From NCBI GenBank assembly GCA_051362555.1, contig CM120643.1:558001-622000 (forward strand): a DNA stretch of 64,000 nucleotides, read 5' to 3'. Position 1 is the first letter of the stretch. The number at the start of each line of letters is the position of its first letter. Shown here piece after piece: positions 13,325 to 26,989 of this stretch. A program made the position numbers and the translations under genes. Source of the DNA: Lingula anatina. Its lineage: Eukaryota; Animalia; Brachiopoda. The notes beneath the pieces were generated by a model. That model was given only the letters and a program-made list of their open reading frames with translations. It had not been told where the DNA came from and searched no databases.

Positions 13325-13867
13325 CTGATGGCATTTGAAGCAAGCCCACTCATAGCTCTGGAATGGCTCTCTGGTGTCATTGGAGACTGCTTTGAAATCC
13401 CACTGGGCCTGGCGGAACCATCTGGAAGCCTCGTAGGGTTGGGGATTCTTACGAGTTTCCCAGAATCCACCATACGTCCTGCTGTCACTACCATGACTCC
13501 CGCTGGAATAATACCTGTCATGGCATTCTCTCTCCTGTCTGGCACGTTGCCCCATTCTGGTGAAAAATTGCTCAAATACATCTTCATATGTAGTGTGTGA
13601 CTGGGTACCAGTACCATGAGTAGAATATGACCTACCAGTACTACGTGTACTATGTGACCATGTAGGACCAGAAGATGCAGCAGTTGTCTCAGTTGAGGAT
13701 GAAGACGTTTCTTGCGAACCTCGTTCAAGTCTAGCTATTTCAGTCTGTATGAATTTGCATGCTTCATTGCAAATATCTTCTTGGCCAAGGTTTTTGTCTG
13801 GGTGATATTTTCGGAGGAGTCTCTTGATGACTTTTTTCCTCTCATTTTCATCAAGTTTCCACGCAGC
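13325..13867 (-). pseudogene. SACS: Sacsin-like DnaJ domain and HEPN start, downstream of the in-frame TAG in the same exon
   Basis: The same frame continues open: AAWKLDENERKKVIKRLLRKYHPDKN...EASRWFRQAQWDF...YEWACFKCHQ, then donor gttaga. The HPD motif is intact. Confidence 0.9.
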
Positions 13868-16800
13868 CTACAGTGTTTTTGTGATATCTTCCTTAAAGTC
13901 CTCCAGACATGTTGGAGTGAAGTCATCCTCAGTTGGAGTTTTATCATAAAGAACAACATCCTTTGAGTCATCTTTTGGTGTGCGTTTAAATTTGTACAAG
14001 TCATTTGCCGTCACAACAAAGACATCCTCTTCTTCACTCCCAATTCTTATTTTGTATCTTCTTAGCACATCTGAGGTTTGAGAGTCAACATCTTCCTTGA
14101 TCTCTTCTAGGACAATGGCATATATGTATGTTGGAAGACCCTCACGACTCTTCAACAATGGATCCTCTACTTCATAGCCTACGTATTCACCGCATTCAAA
14201 GTGGTGAAAATTCTCAGAAAGCAGATGCTGGTCTTCTATGTGAAGGTAAGTCCCAGGGATGGGGAGAACACTGGTATCTGAGCAGTAATCATCTGGGGGA
14301 ATGCCCTGATCATCCAAACATCTCGAAATCTCTTGTAAAGCAACTTTTTCATCTAGGATGCTGCACAGGTGATGGAGGAAAGTTGACAGCCTCCCTTTAG
14401 ATAAACTGTTCAAGATTTCGACAAACCTGAGTGAAAAGTTGCTCATTTGAAAATTGCTTTTTAAATAAAAACAATGTGACTGTTGTCCACAATGGGCTTT
14501 TTGATAGAAGCATGACTGTGTTCTCTCACTTCCAGACAAAACCTCTCCCTTGTATTCTAAAACAGTGGTCAGTTCTGTTGCAAAGTGAAGTTTGATGTTT
14601 TTAATGTTTTCTTGTAGCTCAGCACTATCCTGCTGACTGACAGTGAAGCCTTGGGTTTTACCAGCATGACGAAAGAGACGCATCACTGCCTGATAAAAAA
14701 AATCTGATTTTATCTTCCATTTCACAGGATGCTCTTGAAGAATGTTGATACTTGGTTCAGAGTGAAGTTTCTCTTTAACAACATCAGTCAGATATCTAAG
14801 GCGCAAACATTCTGGCAAAAATTCAGCAACATCGCTGTACGATGGGACATCGGGTCCAATTTCTTCCTTAGAAGGACGAGCAAGCATGGGTTCTTCCAAT
14901 GGAAATTTCTGTAGTCGGTCAAAATGGGACATGTTATCAATAAAGATAATGTCCTTGGAGTGCCTCAGTTCCCCAGCTGAAGTGAGCAAGTATAACAGTT
15001 TTACCTGCTCTGGCCATTTCTCCCCACTGCGAAGCTTTTTAAACAAAAACCCCATTGCTTTCAAAACTTTTTTCTTTTCATTTGGTTCCAGTTTCTTCCC
15101 TTCAGTATCTTTATGAATCATTTCCAAGACAGTGGCATACTGACAGCAGGAAGGTCTATCTGTGCTGCCTATCAGCTTGAAGAGCTCTTTACACCTTGTG
15201 AAATGTGAAGGCACAGCAAAAAGATAAGGCTTTATTTCTTCTTCTTCTTCCACACACGAGGTAGCAACTTGACTCGGATAAACAAACCTCTTTCCATCCT
15301 CAAGATCTACTAAAACGCAGGCCAAGTGTTGCAGCTGATGAGTCCAATATGGATGTTCTTTGTCTTGATATCTTTCCAAGTGCTGATATATTTGCCCCAT
15401 TATTTCAGAGAGTAATTCAGATTGTTCTGCTGTTAAAAGTTCAACTCTCTCTTCCAAATTATGGCACACATTGCAACAGTGGTCTATCACCTGTTCCAAA
15501 GAGGGGATTTCTTTCACTCCAAGTATTTCACACAATTTTCTGTCCCTTGGTTCTGCCCACTGTTCCAAGAATGATACACTTGTCCATGACAAATGTTCAT
15601 GTTCCTGCTTGTATAAGACAGCACCATTGAAGCAGATGAAAGGCCTCAATGTTTCTCCATCCATATTGCCACAAGGGCACAGACTCTGAAGGTTGCTTGA
15701 AGCAACACGTTGGGGTAGAAAGGCCATATCTTTTATAATGCGCAATAAGTGACCATCATTAAATACATTCTCCCTTGATAAAAGATGTGTAACTACTACA
15801 CGTGCCTGATTTTCTCTCTTTTGGAGTGCCGTCTTATTTCTACTTTTCCATGCTAAAATAGCCCCCCTTTCAATGGCTTTGGCAAATTCAATGAACTTCT
15901 CTGAAGTGACTTGTTGCTGTAAACCTATCTCACGCATCAAACACAAAATTGCTAGAGATCTAAAAGGCTCTGATGGAAAATCTTCTTCTGTAAGCATAGC
16001 TTTAAAAACTTCATTGTAAGGATCATAAAAAGCCGATGCAGTTGACAGGGTGCCAGGAATTCCACTCCGGCTATCAGGTAGGAACTTCACGTGAGAAAGT
16101 TTATCAATCAGTCTCTTCCAATCACCTTGAAGACTTCTATAGTGTAATTCGACTGATATGAACTTTAAGTGCTTAATCCTTTCTTCCTCTGAGAGAATTT
16201 CAAAAATTGGTAATATGAAATCACAGTACATTTCACACTCAGAGAGTACTCGACAACCCAGCCATGTGTAGAGTGGCTGTAACATTACATTGGGTTTCAA
16301 GAAGGCCAAATGTTGATCACCTCCTTCCAATAGCTGCATGCCATCTAAAGGGATAGAGCTCGGTGCAATGTAAGTATCTTTTCCTTCAATGCTGACAATC
16401 TCCTCTTTTGCAGATAAGAAAAAAGGAAAACTGCACAATTTCCATTTCAATTCAGGATTGCTTTTCAGCACATCAAGATACTGACAAAAATATCTTAATA
16501 CAACCTCACATTTCTGCACATTTAGTCTGTCTGCTAGGTTGTGTCGTTTGGCTACTCCTTCTAATGCGATGACCATGGAACACGGATCGCTAGGGTTGCT
16601 AATTATTGCCCGTGCAGTCTTTTCAGAATGTTGTTGTAGTATATCATAGGCTAGCTGTGGAACACCCAACTTTTGTAAGACATGAAAAATCCCGCTTCTG
16701 AAGATGAAATCCCGGTTGTCCATAACTTCACGGGTTCGTGAAACCTGAAGCAAACATGTTGATTGCCCTACAGTTACTGGCAAGAGGCACCAATGGGAAA

Positions 16801-19800
16801 GTGGCTTCAATAAAGATATAATTTTGTTGCCGTCAGAAACTGCACCAACTTCCGAGTGAAGGTATGTCCACAGTAATTGGATCCACTCTTTTGATGGAGC
16901 CTTCGAATCCCATGGAATAACACCTCCATTTTGTAGCGCTTCTGGTAAGGCAAATGGTAGCCTTTCTGCAAGATCTGATACCTTGAATTTTTTGAAAATT
17001 GACCTTTCTTGGTATGTACAAAAAAATGTACGTTCCAAGAACCTATGGCAAAAAGATGCAGCATACAAAGTCAGCAAGTCCCAGAAAGGTGAACAGAAGA
17101 CGGGTGTTCTGGAACTAAACATCCTCAGCTTGTTGTCCTCAGTTACAAGCAATGGACAACCCTCAAGTAGCTGCACAAAATTGCCAGATTTCTTGCAAAA
17201 CTGTAACATAGTGCGAAGGTCGTCTACATTTCCAAAGATGGTTTTTCCAATGTCTTCAGGAAGATATGAGCATGAAATAAAACACAGCCTGTCAGGTCTT
17301 TGGTAGGTTTGAAAGAAACAAAGCACAGCTTCTGGACTAACAGTTTTCACCTGGATGTCTGCTTCCCGATAATTTGTATATATTGACATTGGGCAACATA
17401 AAAGATTGAAATTGCTTTCACATAAAATCCTTCTAACAATCTCTCTGGAGGATGGTTCTTTGAAGCTTGACCCTGGTTCCTGAATCTGGGTATCTAAGTC
17501 ATCAAAGAATACTCCCTCTGTAGGTGTAAACCATGCAACTTTAAATCCCATCTCACTCAGTCTTGCATGTCGCAAAAGTGGAAGAACCCTCAGATTAAGT
17601 TCGCTGGTCAACTGGTATACCTTTTTAGACAGATAATGTATGTAATTCTCCTGATGCTGGATATGAGGAAAGAGCTGACAATACTGGCTCAAAAATTTTC
17701 TTATCTGGGTCTCATCACTTCCAGAGATCTCTTCCATAATAATATTCTTTTTTTGCTGAAGCATATTGGTGTAGCAAGGGGCAATTGTTTGCTCTATTAA
17801 TGTGTTGTTCCACTCAGTTTTCACATCAGTATTTTCAGTGTTCATCCAAAGGTTTCTCCTGGCTTCATGATCCAGTGCAAAGTGACCATTGATATGAACA
17901 GGTAGGTTTGTTTTCAGTGGGAGCGGCAGGAAGCAAAATACCCTGCTTTTTTTGAGGCTAAATTTCTCCATCGGTAATCTGTCAGCTTGAAGCATATGTG
18001 CTACCCCTCCACGTGGCAGAAGCCCCAACTCTCTGTCCTGGAGGGCTTTCTTTAAAGTTGTAGGTATTGAGCTTGGATTGCTGAAGCCAAACTGTTGGGT
18101 GATAAGCCATGTTTCTAATCGGCCTTTGTTGTCTTTTAAGGACATGGTGAAAGAAACATTTATGGGACGTAACTGGTCCACTGTAAGTTCTTGTGTTTTC
18201 AGTCTCTCTGAGCTGTTCACCACTTCCTGTAGAAAGGACTGTTGCTCCTGTGTATCTTCAGCACTGAGATGGGCCTCAACACTGTATGTGTTCTGCAGCT
18301 TTCCAGTGAACATGTTTATTTCTGAGACACTTATTTTCCTTATGTTATTGAGAAACAGCATCATCAGAAATAAATCACCCCTAAATGTTTCCATGAGGGA
18401 CTGCATTTCGGGAATGGTAACAGGTCTTGGTTTTATCTTAGACTGTCTGGCCATGTTTTCATTCCTGAGTGGCAATCGGAACAAGGTAGCTTCCTCCATT
18501 GGAAAAGATTCTTTCATGTCATCCAAGTAGCTTGCAAATACATCTGGGAAAGCCTTCCTCAACTTTGGAATGTCATTATAACACCTTCCAGGCTCTGCAA
18601 TAGAAGCACCTGGCACATAAATACAATGTGGATCAAAGATACACAATGTTTCTCCAATTTCCTGTCCTTTGGTTAAGAAAGATGGGGCATCTGTGAGATG
18701 ATATACAGCATTGAAACCGACCCCATACTGCCCTGTTTTGTTTGGATCTTCACTCTTGCTTCCCTCACCTAAGTTGCTTATACCCTCTATGTCTGCTTGA
18801 GTAAATGGACTATTGTTGTAAACGCACAAAGCTGGTCCCTGCAATGGCTTCCAACAATCCTCAAATATAAGCTTGGTGGAATGGTTTCTGGGATCTAAAA
18901 CAAAGTGAACTTCAGTTGCCTTTGCATCATCTGCATTTTGCAGGAGCTCTTTCAGGATATCCTGGTCACAGGGGTATCCTTCTAGTATTCTCTTGATTCT
19001 ATTTGTAAGTTTTTCCTTCTGACCAAAGGGTATTCCCATTGAACATTTTCTAAGCTTTTCACCTCTTTTCGTCTGAACACCAAGACCTATAGCATCATGA
19101 TATGGTAAATCTTTGTGTGCACAATGCATGTCATCATCATCATTCTCAAGCCATGGGCAATCATCAAAACAAAGATGCTTTGCTTCAGACATCACTCCAT
19201 ATTCATCTGGTAAATAAATGGGCCCATTTTTATCTTCAATTGATTTCAGCTTTGTTGTGAGGGGTACTTTCTCCTTTTTTACCTCATCCTCAATATTCTG
19301 CTGTAATGCAGACACAATTTGACGTATGTATAATGGCAGTGATTTTTTGCTGTATGTTTGATGTGGTTTCTGTAGGGCCTTTATATAATCTGCAATATCA
19401 AAGTCTTCTCGAACACCAGCAGCTTCCATGACATCAGGGAAGTCTCTCCAGTCATAAGGATGCCCAAAAAGAAGTGGCTCAAATCCAATCTTGGAGTTGA
19501 ATATAACTTTACTGCCTGAGACAAACTCTTGTGACTGCGGAATGTACACTGCATTTCTCTTTTGCAGTGCATTACTGATAGCGGACTGTTTTGCAGGTTC
19601 CCTTCGCAGTAAATCATTCAGATACTGATAAATGTCCCTAATTAGATCTTTCAGCTTCTTTTCAAACTTTCCACACTTTGGGGCAGCTGCGATGGCCTCA
19701 TCAAACTGGTCCCATACCTGATCAAGTTCAACATCTTTTCGAGACTGTATTTGGAGCAACCTCTCCACACTTCTATTCATTTTCAATTCCCTTCTGTCGA

Positions 19801-22800
19801 CAACAGCAGTGGTAGAAGACACCAAATTTTCCACATCTGCTGAAAAGCATTCTTTAGGTGCAGCAAGATTGTTGTGATTGCCTTTCCAAGGAAGTGGGTA
19901 ACCGTCTGGTTTGGGCTTAACTGGAAGAAATGGCACTTCACATAATACGCCTCTGAGTTCACTTTCCAATTTACTACCTTCTTTTCCACTCAGCCTCCAG
20001 GCTAGGTACTGCAATATTTCTTTCCCTCTCTCTACTCCTCTTGCATTATCTGTTTGATGGAGACCAGCAACACTTTTGGCTCTCTCCAAAATCTGCCCAC
20101 AGCTGATGTCTTCAAAGATGCCAAGTTTTTCCAATACCAGAAGGCGGCGTGGGTTCAGGTATGACCTTTCGGTTCCTTTGATGAAAATCCCATCTTCCTC
20201 ATAATACAATGAGGCAGCTCTGCTTTTTGGGTGCATGAGAGCACAGGGTTGCTTTAACTCCCCATGAGGTGTGGAAGGAATGCATGGGTATCTCTGCAAG
20301 AGTTTATTGAGATCTTCATCATCTTGGTCAATTGCATAAAGTATCAAAGTATCTCTGACATCTCCATCAAGAGTGTTGATGCTTGGGAAAACTGCTTCAT
20401 TGTATAACCTGTGAAGGTCAAACATGATCTTTCCTTGAATCTCTCCAGGTGCAAATAACAACATGGTTTTCATGGTCTCACTGGGAACTTTTACATATAT
20501 TTTTCCCCTCTCCTGGAGATAATCTTCTAATATTCTTTCCGCATGGGTCACTATATTTGATCCCTTGACATCATCTGTGAGGATACCAACATTGTGGACA
20601 TTTTCCCACATTTTCCCATTTGAAAATAAAGCGGGCGCCTGCTGTTCCTCTGTGGAAAATAAGGAGGCATAATACTGCTGCACAAGAGGCTCACATACTG
20701 GTTTATATGTGCTCCCACAGGTTGGCCACAATTCGCTAAAGCTGTAAGGTGTACCACATGTTAATTCTCTCAAGTCTTCAAGACAAAAAAGAAGTGCTTT
20801 GGGAATGACATCCTTCAAGATGATTTGGTTCCATTCAGCTCCTTTTGAAACTTTATCATCCATTGTTTTCTCAGTTAAATGTTTGCGGTTGGACTCCACA
20901 GAGAAACTTCCGTTGACATGGAATGAGAATCCACTGGAAATTGGAAGAGGGAGATAACAAAAGAATGTTCCCTTCTGAGTACAAAGTGGTGTATATCTAA
21001 TGCTGCCTTCAACACTGCACTCCTTCAATTGCACCGCCACTCCACCTGTAGGTACAAGACCAGATCCCTGGCACATGGTCAACATCTTTGATGTGAGGTC
21101 TCCCATACATGACGTAACCAGCCAGAAATCTTTCTTCTCCTCAGTTTTGATAATACTCACACTACCTGCATCCATTTTGGAGGACATTTCAAGAAGAAGG
21201 GACACTGTTTGATTTTTAGTGTCTTTGGGCATTGGAATTGATGGCGCTGATTCTGCTGATTGGAGGGCTTGGGTTGAAGCTTTTAAAATTTGTGTTTGCT
21301 GAACCTCTGGCAAATGCAAACCTCTTATCACTTTTGAGATGTTCTTTGTTGTTTCATAGATACACTGCATCATTAATGGGGTTCCATCCTTGGGGAGGTG
21401 ATAAATTGATATTTTCTTTACATTTTGAGTAAAAAGTAGAACTTCTGAAGATGAATCGACCAATTTCTGAAGAAGCAATTGCACTTGTTTTTCATCATAA
21501 TGCACGTCGCTGATCTCACTTTTATAGGATTGTTCCTTTGTTCGTAGAGGAAATCTAAATAATGTTGCATTGTAGCTAAATATGCAAGATTTGGCAGTGG
21601 AATCAAGATTGCAGCCAAAAATCCCATTAAAAGGCTTGAATTGGTTCTTCAACTTCTGAAGCTTTTTTCTGTTTTTTAAATTAATCTTAATTCCAGGTTT
21701 TGATCTTGCTGCTCTTCCCAAGTGTTTCATATGCGGATCAAAGATGGCTATACTGTTACTGCTAATGAAACTTGGGACATCAGTTAGATTGTAGACTGCA
21801 TTGAACCCAAGTCCAAATTTGCCAATTTTGTCACTCATCTTTTCTTTGGTTGCACCCCCCAGCTTAACAAGGTTTTTGAAATCTTCTTCTGTGAACACAG
21901 CATCATTATAGGCCCAGAGAGCAGGTCCTTGGCAACTTCGCATTCCCTCATCTATCAAGCATGTCTGGGCATCTTCATTTCTTCTCTGGTCATACAGAAA
22001 CTTCACTTCTTGGGCTCCTGCATCATCAGCATTTTGTAGAAGTTCCTTTGGGACAGAAAACCCATCTGTGTAACCTTCCTTAAGAAGATTATGAAGGCGA
22101 CATGTCAGTGGCTCGGACTGGCCATAGTTCATGTCCAACTCTTCTACATCTAAAATACGACTCATAAGAGTTGGCACACCTAACTTTTCACTAGTTTGCA
22201 TTGAGACATGCTCATGGACAAAGAAGATAGATTCTGTTTCTTCCTCACTAATATCAGTGACGTCATACCCTTGCTGAAGCCAGTCCATATCACAGTAAGT
22301 GCACTGGGAGACTGGCTTAAGGATGAGGGTGGATTTGTCATCACTATGAACAGGCACTAAGAGCTCATCTTGCAGTTGGGATATTGTCACCTCGTCCATT
22401 GACTCAACAATGTGCAACAGATCAATAATGGTCTGAAGATCTCTCTGTGCATCAAGATCTGCAGCGTTGCTGTTGGTTATCTGAGACTGGACCCTTTCTT
22501 GTTGGTATTTGATTTGTATATTGCTTTGCACCTGCAGAATGATTTCAAGTTTATCTTTTGGTTCTACACCATACTGGGAAAATTGTTCACTGAATTGCTC
22601 TACTTCTCTTGGAAGGACAAACAAATGAGGGTGCAGCTGTATCCCTTGTAGTTGTGGAGGAATACCAGGGACAACATCTTTTGATGAGGAAAACCCATCT
22701 CCATTCCAGATCCATTTCTGTGAGCTGGATTTAAGGCCTTCGTAAGGAACATCCCCCCTAACTGGATGAAACAATTCTCCATAGATATCTAGAATCATTG

Positions 22801-24327
22801 GCAGAAATAGACCCTTTTCTCTGCTTGTGTAATGGCTTACTACCTGTTCTAACTGGGCTATGACTTTTGATATAGTGGGCCTTTCATTCCATCCAAATTC
22901 CCTGGCGATCTCTTCATCCACAACCTCATCAGAGACATGCTCCACAGAACCTATCACTTTTTCATAGATACTGCTGCACAACTCACTTGGACTTAAAAAG
23001 GTGCAATTCGATGAACACCAAGGCAAAGAAATGGGATAATTCTCTGGCCTTGGCTTGACCTTGATAAACCTGGTTCTTTTCAAACAGCTAGAGAGGGTGT
23101 TACCGTTTCCTAGCCTATTCTTTAATACAGTTGGCCTGGATCTCAAAATGGTCATAATTGCTTCTGATTTATCAATCAAAACGTTTTGCGAGGCCGATCC
23201 CTCAGCAGACACGTTTTGAACGTACTCAGCTGCCTTGTAAATGTCCTTTGCAGTTATTTGTTCTCTTTCTGTCTTCAATCCTAACCTTTTCAGAGCCGCA
23301 TGTAATTGTGTATCATCCTTATACTGTCCAGTTGGAAAGATGTCACATACCCCATGATAGAGATCAAATACCACTGAATCATGGTGATCAAACAATTGGC
23401 TTGCTGTGAATCTCTCTCCTGATTCATTTGGAACAAAAGGAATGTCTCTCACCATATGACGTATTTCTTTATCTTCATTCATGTTGATGGTCAGCACCTG
23501 CTTCATCAAAAGATCAATCTCTCCGCTTTCCTTGTACCACTCAATGTCTGCTAACACAATTTCTCTTAGCAAGTCATTTGTGTCCAAAATTCTCATTCCT
23601 AATTGCTGAACTAGCATTTCAGAGTCCGTTCCTGATGCATCGATAAACTTCCAACGTAATGAAAACCTTGGACTTTGATGTAAGGCCCAGGGTGCTTCAT
23701 GGAGAGAAACTCTGTTGCCAGAACTTTGAGGATCAGAGTATTCTGTTCCAACAACTGACATAAAGATTGGAAGGTCCATTAGCAATTTTCTGTGTGACAT
23801 AACGTCATTTGCAGAGGCTTCAGAGAGAAGCTTTCTGAGCTTATCCTTCTCTGTCAATGGCCATTCTTTTATCTTTTCTAAGTTAGATTGGGTCTGCACA
23901 TTTGAAAGAACCTGTAGAACACCTTTAGGTGTTGGAGAACTTATGTATTTTGGCACAACAGCATGGTGATCTTCAATAAATTTGGGGAGCTTCTGAAATA
24001 CAATTACTCCCAATGCTTTAAGCCACTTAGCTAAACCATCGTCAAGTCTGTCCCCTTCCCAACAAGTTATCAAAGCAGGTAAAGCAGAACTCAGCTTCAC
24101 AATTCTACAAGAAGCCAGATCAAGAAGAATGTGCAAGTCTTCAAACCTGGAGAGATTGTCAGGGAATTGACGGGTCAGGTACTCCCACGCCGTCTGAAGC
24201 CAGCCATGAGTAGGATGGTTGGTGGTCTGTTGATCCCAGTGTTTGGTGTTATCTCTGCAGGGGTCGAAGAGTCTTCTGATCAATTCAGCCATTGAAGTCT
24301 TGTCTAGAAATTTCAACTGGGTTAATC
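13868..24327 (-). CDS. SACS: Sacsin-like giant coding exon 6 (SRR2, SRR3), up to the premature TAG
   Basis: Acceptor ttcactttag|GA in phase 1. Hsp90-like motifs ELLQNADDAGA...GPALWAYND...KIGKFGLGFNAVYNLTD and ELLQNADDAKA...KTGQYGVGFNAVYHLTD; also CFLPLP...HINGHFAL. Confidence 0.96.
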
Positions 24328-24719
24328 CTAAAGTGAAACAAAAATGAAAATTTCTCTTTTTTAATTGCAGTTTTTTATTAAAATTGTATTTCACTAATAA
24401 TATATATCAGTGTCATGAAAGATTAACAATATGAATGACAGCACGCATAATTGGTACATAGAGACATCTATAAAATCTTATTTTCTGCAGAGTTAACAGC
24501 CATTTCCTATGGTGACAGTGCCAGTGTAACCCTTCACTTAGGCACAGCAGAGCAGAACATGTATTGACCTTTATGGATCTGTATACAAAATCTGAAAAAA
24601 ATTTCTAATGACCAGATTTGTTTCTGAAAAAGGTAACGTAATCCAAATATTCTTTTCCATTCAACTGAACTTGCCTATTAGCAGGTTCTAACTGCTGTTT
24701 AGAAAATTATTAGTTATAC

Positions 24720-26357
24720 CTAAAGCTGCCATCTTTTCGAGATGTGCGGCAACCTCAGATGGAACTCTCTCAGTCTCCAATAAGCTGTGGGTCAGCCCGG
24801 GAAGAAGCTCTTTTGGATGATCCTTGGTTGGAATATACACTGCATCACTTGCACTGGACTGGAACCTAACAATTTGGTCGCTTCGGGGCAAAAGTTTGAT
24901 CCCAATTACATCACCATAGGATGAATCAGAGAGGATGTACTTCAGGATAGACATCTTTTTGACAAATGAGAGGCTGTCTACCCAGGTGGACACACTTGGT
25001 TTCTTTAGAGCAGTGCGCACATGTCCTGGCTGAATCTTAGCAATTTCCACTTCATGCTTTTGTAATGCTTCTTCTACGTGTGATGGGACTGTGCAAATCT
25101 TTTTGCCACTTTGCATGAGAACATTCACAAGATCTTCAACATTGTCAATGTTAGGGCTTAAATCATTGAACAAGACTTCACTGGCATTGTGCCATGTACT
25201 GGCAGAGAAAGAGGTGTCGGTTGTTGGGCTATAAAATGATTGCCTCCTTAGAGTCACTCTGTACATAAGTGTGACCATTTTTTCAAATTTGGGATCTGTT
25301 AAACTGCAGTCTGGCATTGCATTATAAATGCATGTTGGTGAAAAGCCCTCGAGAATGGCACAATTTAGGAGTTCTGCATATGCCACTGAAACTGCTTCTT
25401 CCACCAAGCAGATGTTCCACAGAAGTGCTTTATCAGTGAGGGCAGACCTATCTTGGTCTGCAGTGGGCCATTTCAGCTGTCTGCGATTTTGGCTGAGTGC
25501 AAAGAACCCGCTGATGTGAACTGGTAGACCAGTCACACTTTTTTCTTTAAGTGGGAGTGGTAGGAAACAGAAGAAGTGGCCGTTCGGTTGTTGGGACTTC
25601 TGTTTGACTTGTTGAAATGGTTCGTCCTTTGTGCCACAACACATAGCAACAGCCACCCACGGAAGGAAACCCAGTTTTGAATCATTTGCCAGTTCTTGTA
25701 ACTGTGAACTCACTTGGCCTCCAGAAAAGTGGTTTGTTAGCATCCATTTGGTCGTCTTTGAGGGGGTAGGTGTGGAGGCAGCTGATTGGTGGATATATGT
25801 CGTCTCTGTGAATTGGAGCTCATACGTTGACTGAATTGGTTTTTCTGGCCACTCATTGGTTTGTCGCACCTTAGCAATTTCTGACAAAAACTCTTCACGC
25901 TTTGATCTCACACCTTTGATGCAGTCTTTATCTATCTCCAACTGGAAGATTAACTCTGGTTTCTCACTTCCTTCTGTTCTTTCATACAATTCAATGCTTT
26001 CCAGTGATGACAAAAACAGAAGGTTCATATATGCACATGTCATGAAAGATTTGAACAAACTATCAATTTTTTGTGATGCATATATCTGCTCTGACAATTG
26101 TGAACAGAATTGAGAGGGATCTTGTGAACCTGTCCTGAGTGGAAAGCGAAACAGTGTTCCCTTATAAACTCCACCATTGAATGTTATGTCACGGCCACCA
26201 AAAATTCCCACAAATGGTTCAAACTGATCAGGCAAAGAAGAGATTTCTTCCCTATCATTTTCAAGATGCCATTGCTTCCCTGTCGCCCTGGGACCAAAGA
26301 ATTTTTCATGTGGATCTAGGAATCCTATCTTGTCTCCACTTATTACGCTTGGTAAAT
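24720..26357 (-). CDS. SACS: Sacsin-like coding exon 5 (1638 nt, phase 1-1)
   Basis: ttctag|AT TTA CCA (DLPSVISG...GTLFRFPLR...FCFLPLP...GLPVHISGFFALSQNRR), donor gtataa. The frame joins both neighbouring exons. Confidence 0.95.
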
Positions 26358-26989
26358 CTAGAAGTAAATGTAGAAGAATAGAAAAATAAATGTCCAAGCA
26401 CATAAGGTTTATGCAAAGGCACATATGACTTATGCACAGGTTCATAGGGTTTATGGACAGGCACATTCCAATGTCTGAGCATGCATGCAGTGCTTTGTCT
26501 AAGACTTTCTACAGACAATATAGTGATATAGATCACTGACCTTTGAAAGACAAGATATTGCCCTGGATACCACATGCACATGGATTAACTAGAGTTATTG
26601 CTGGTAATATTAAACTAGACAGCAAAGATGACAAATATACAGACACCATAATGGAAACAAGGCAGCAAGGCTGACAAATGTTTAGACATTCAGACTCACA
26701 AAAGTGCACCAAATACTGTTTTGGCCAATTTTGATACACTATTACATAATACTTTAAAACAGCACAATCGCTCTTACCCTCTTATATTACATACTGCAGG
26801 TAACATGGACAGTGAAAAACTACCAAAGGATTCAGTTTCATAGCCCATAAAAAGTACTATGGTTATTATGTGTAAAATATTCAAACAATAAAAAAACAGA
26901 ATAATTATGATTAATATAAACAGATATCATGCCAATTTTCAAAAACAACCTACCCAGCAGACAAACGACATTTGCAGCGCATTTGCAGG

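Noticed and set aside
13860-13900. TAG acting as a splice acceptor that removes the stop, or a strong readthrough signal
   Set aside because: The upstream sequence is A-rich with no pyrimidine tract and looks coding. The TAG-G context is not the TGA-CTAG-type readthrough motif, and a downstream frameshift exists anyway. Not fully excluded without RNA data.
24328-24394. N-terminal extensions of the ORF-track sacsin ORFs (also 26358-26466, 31812-31847, 33736-33750)
   Set aside because: They are intronic sequence upstream of clear AG acceptors.
14128-26381. Many short ORFs antisense or out of frame within the sacsin exons
   Set aside because: Shadow ORFs of a long coding region.
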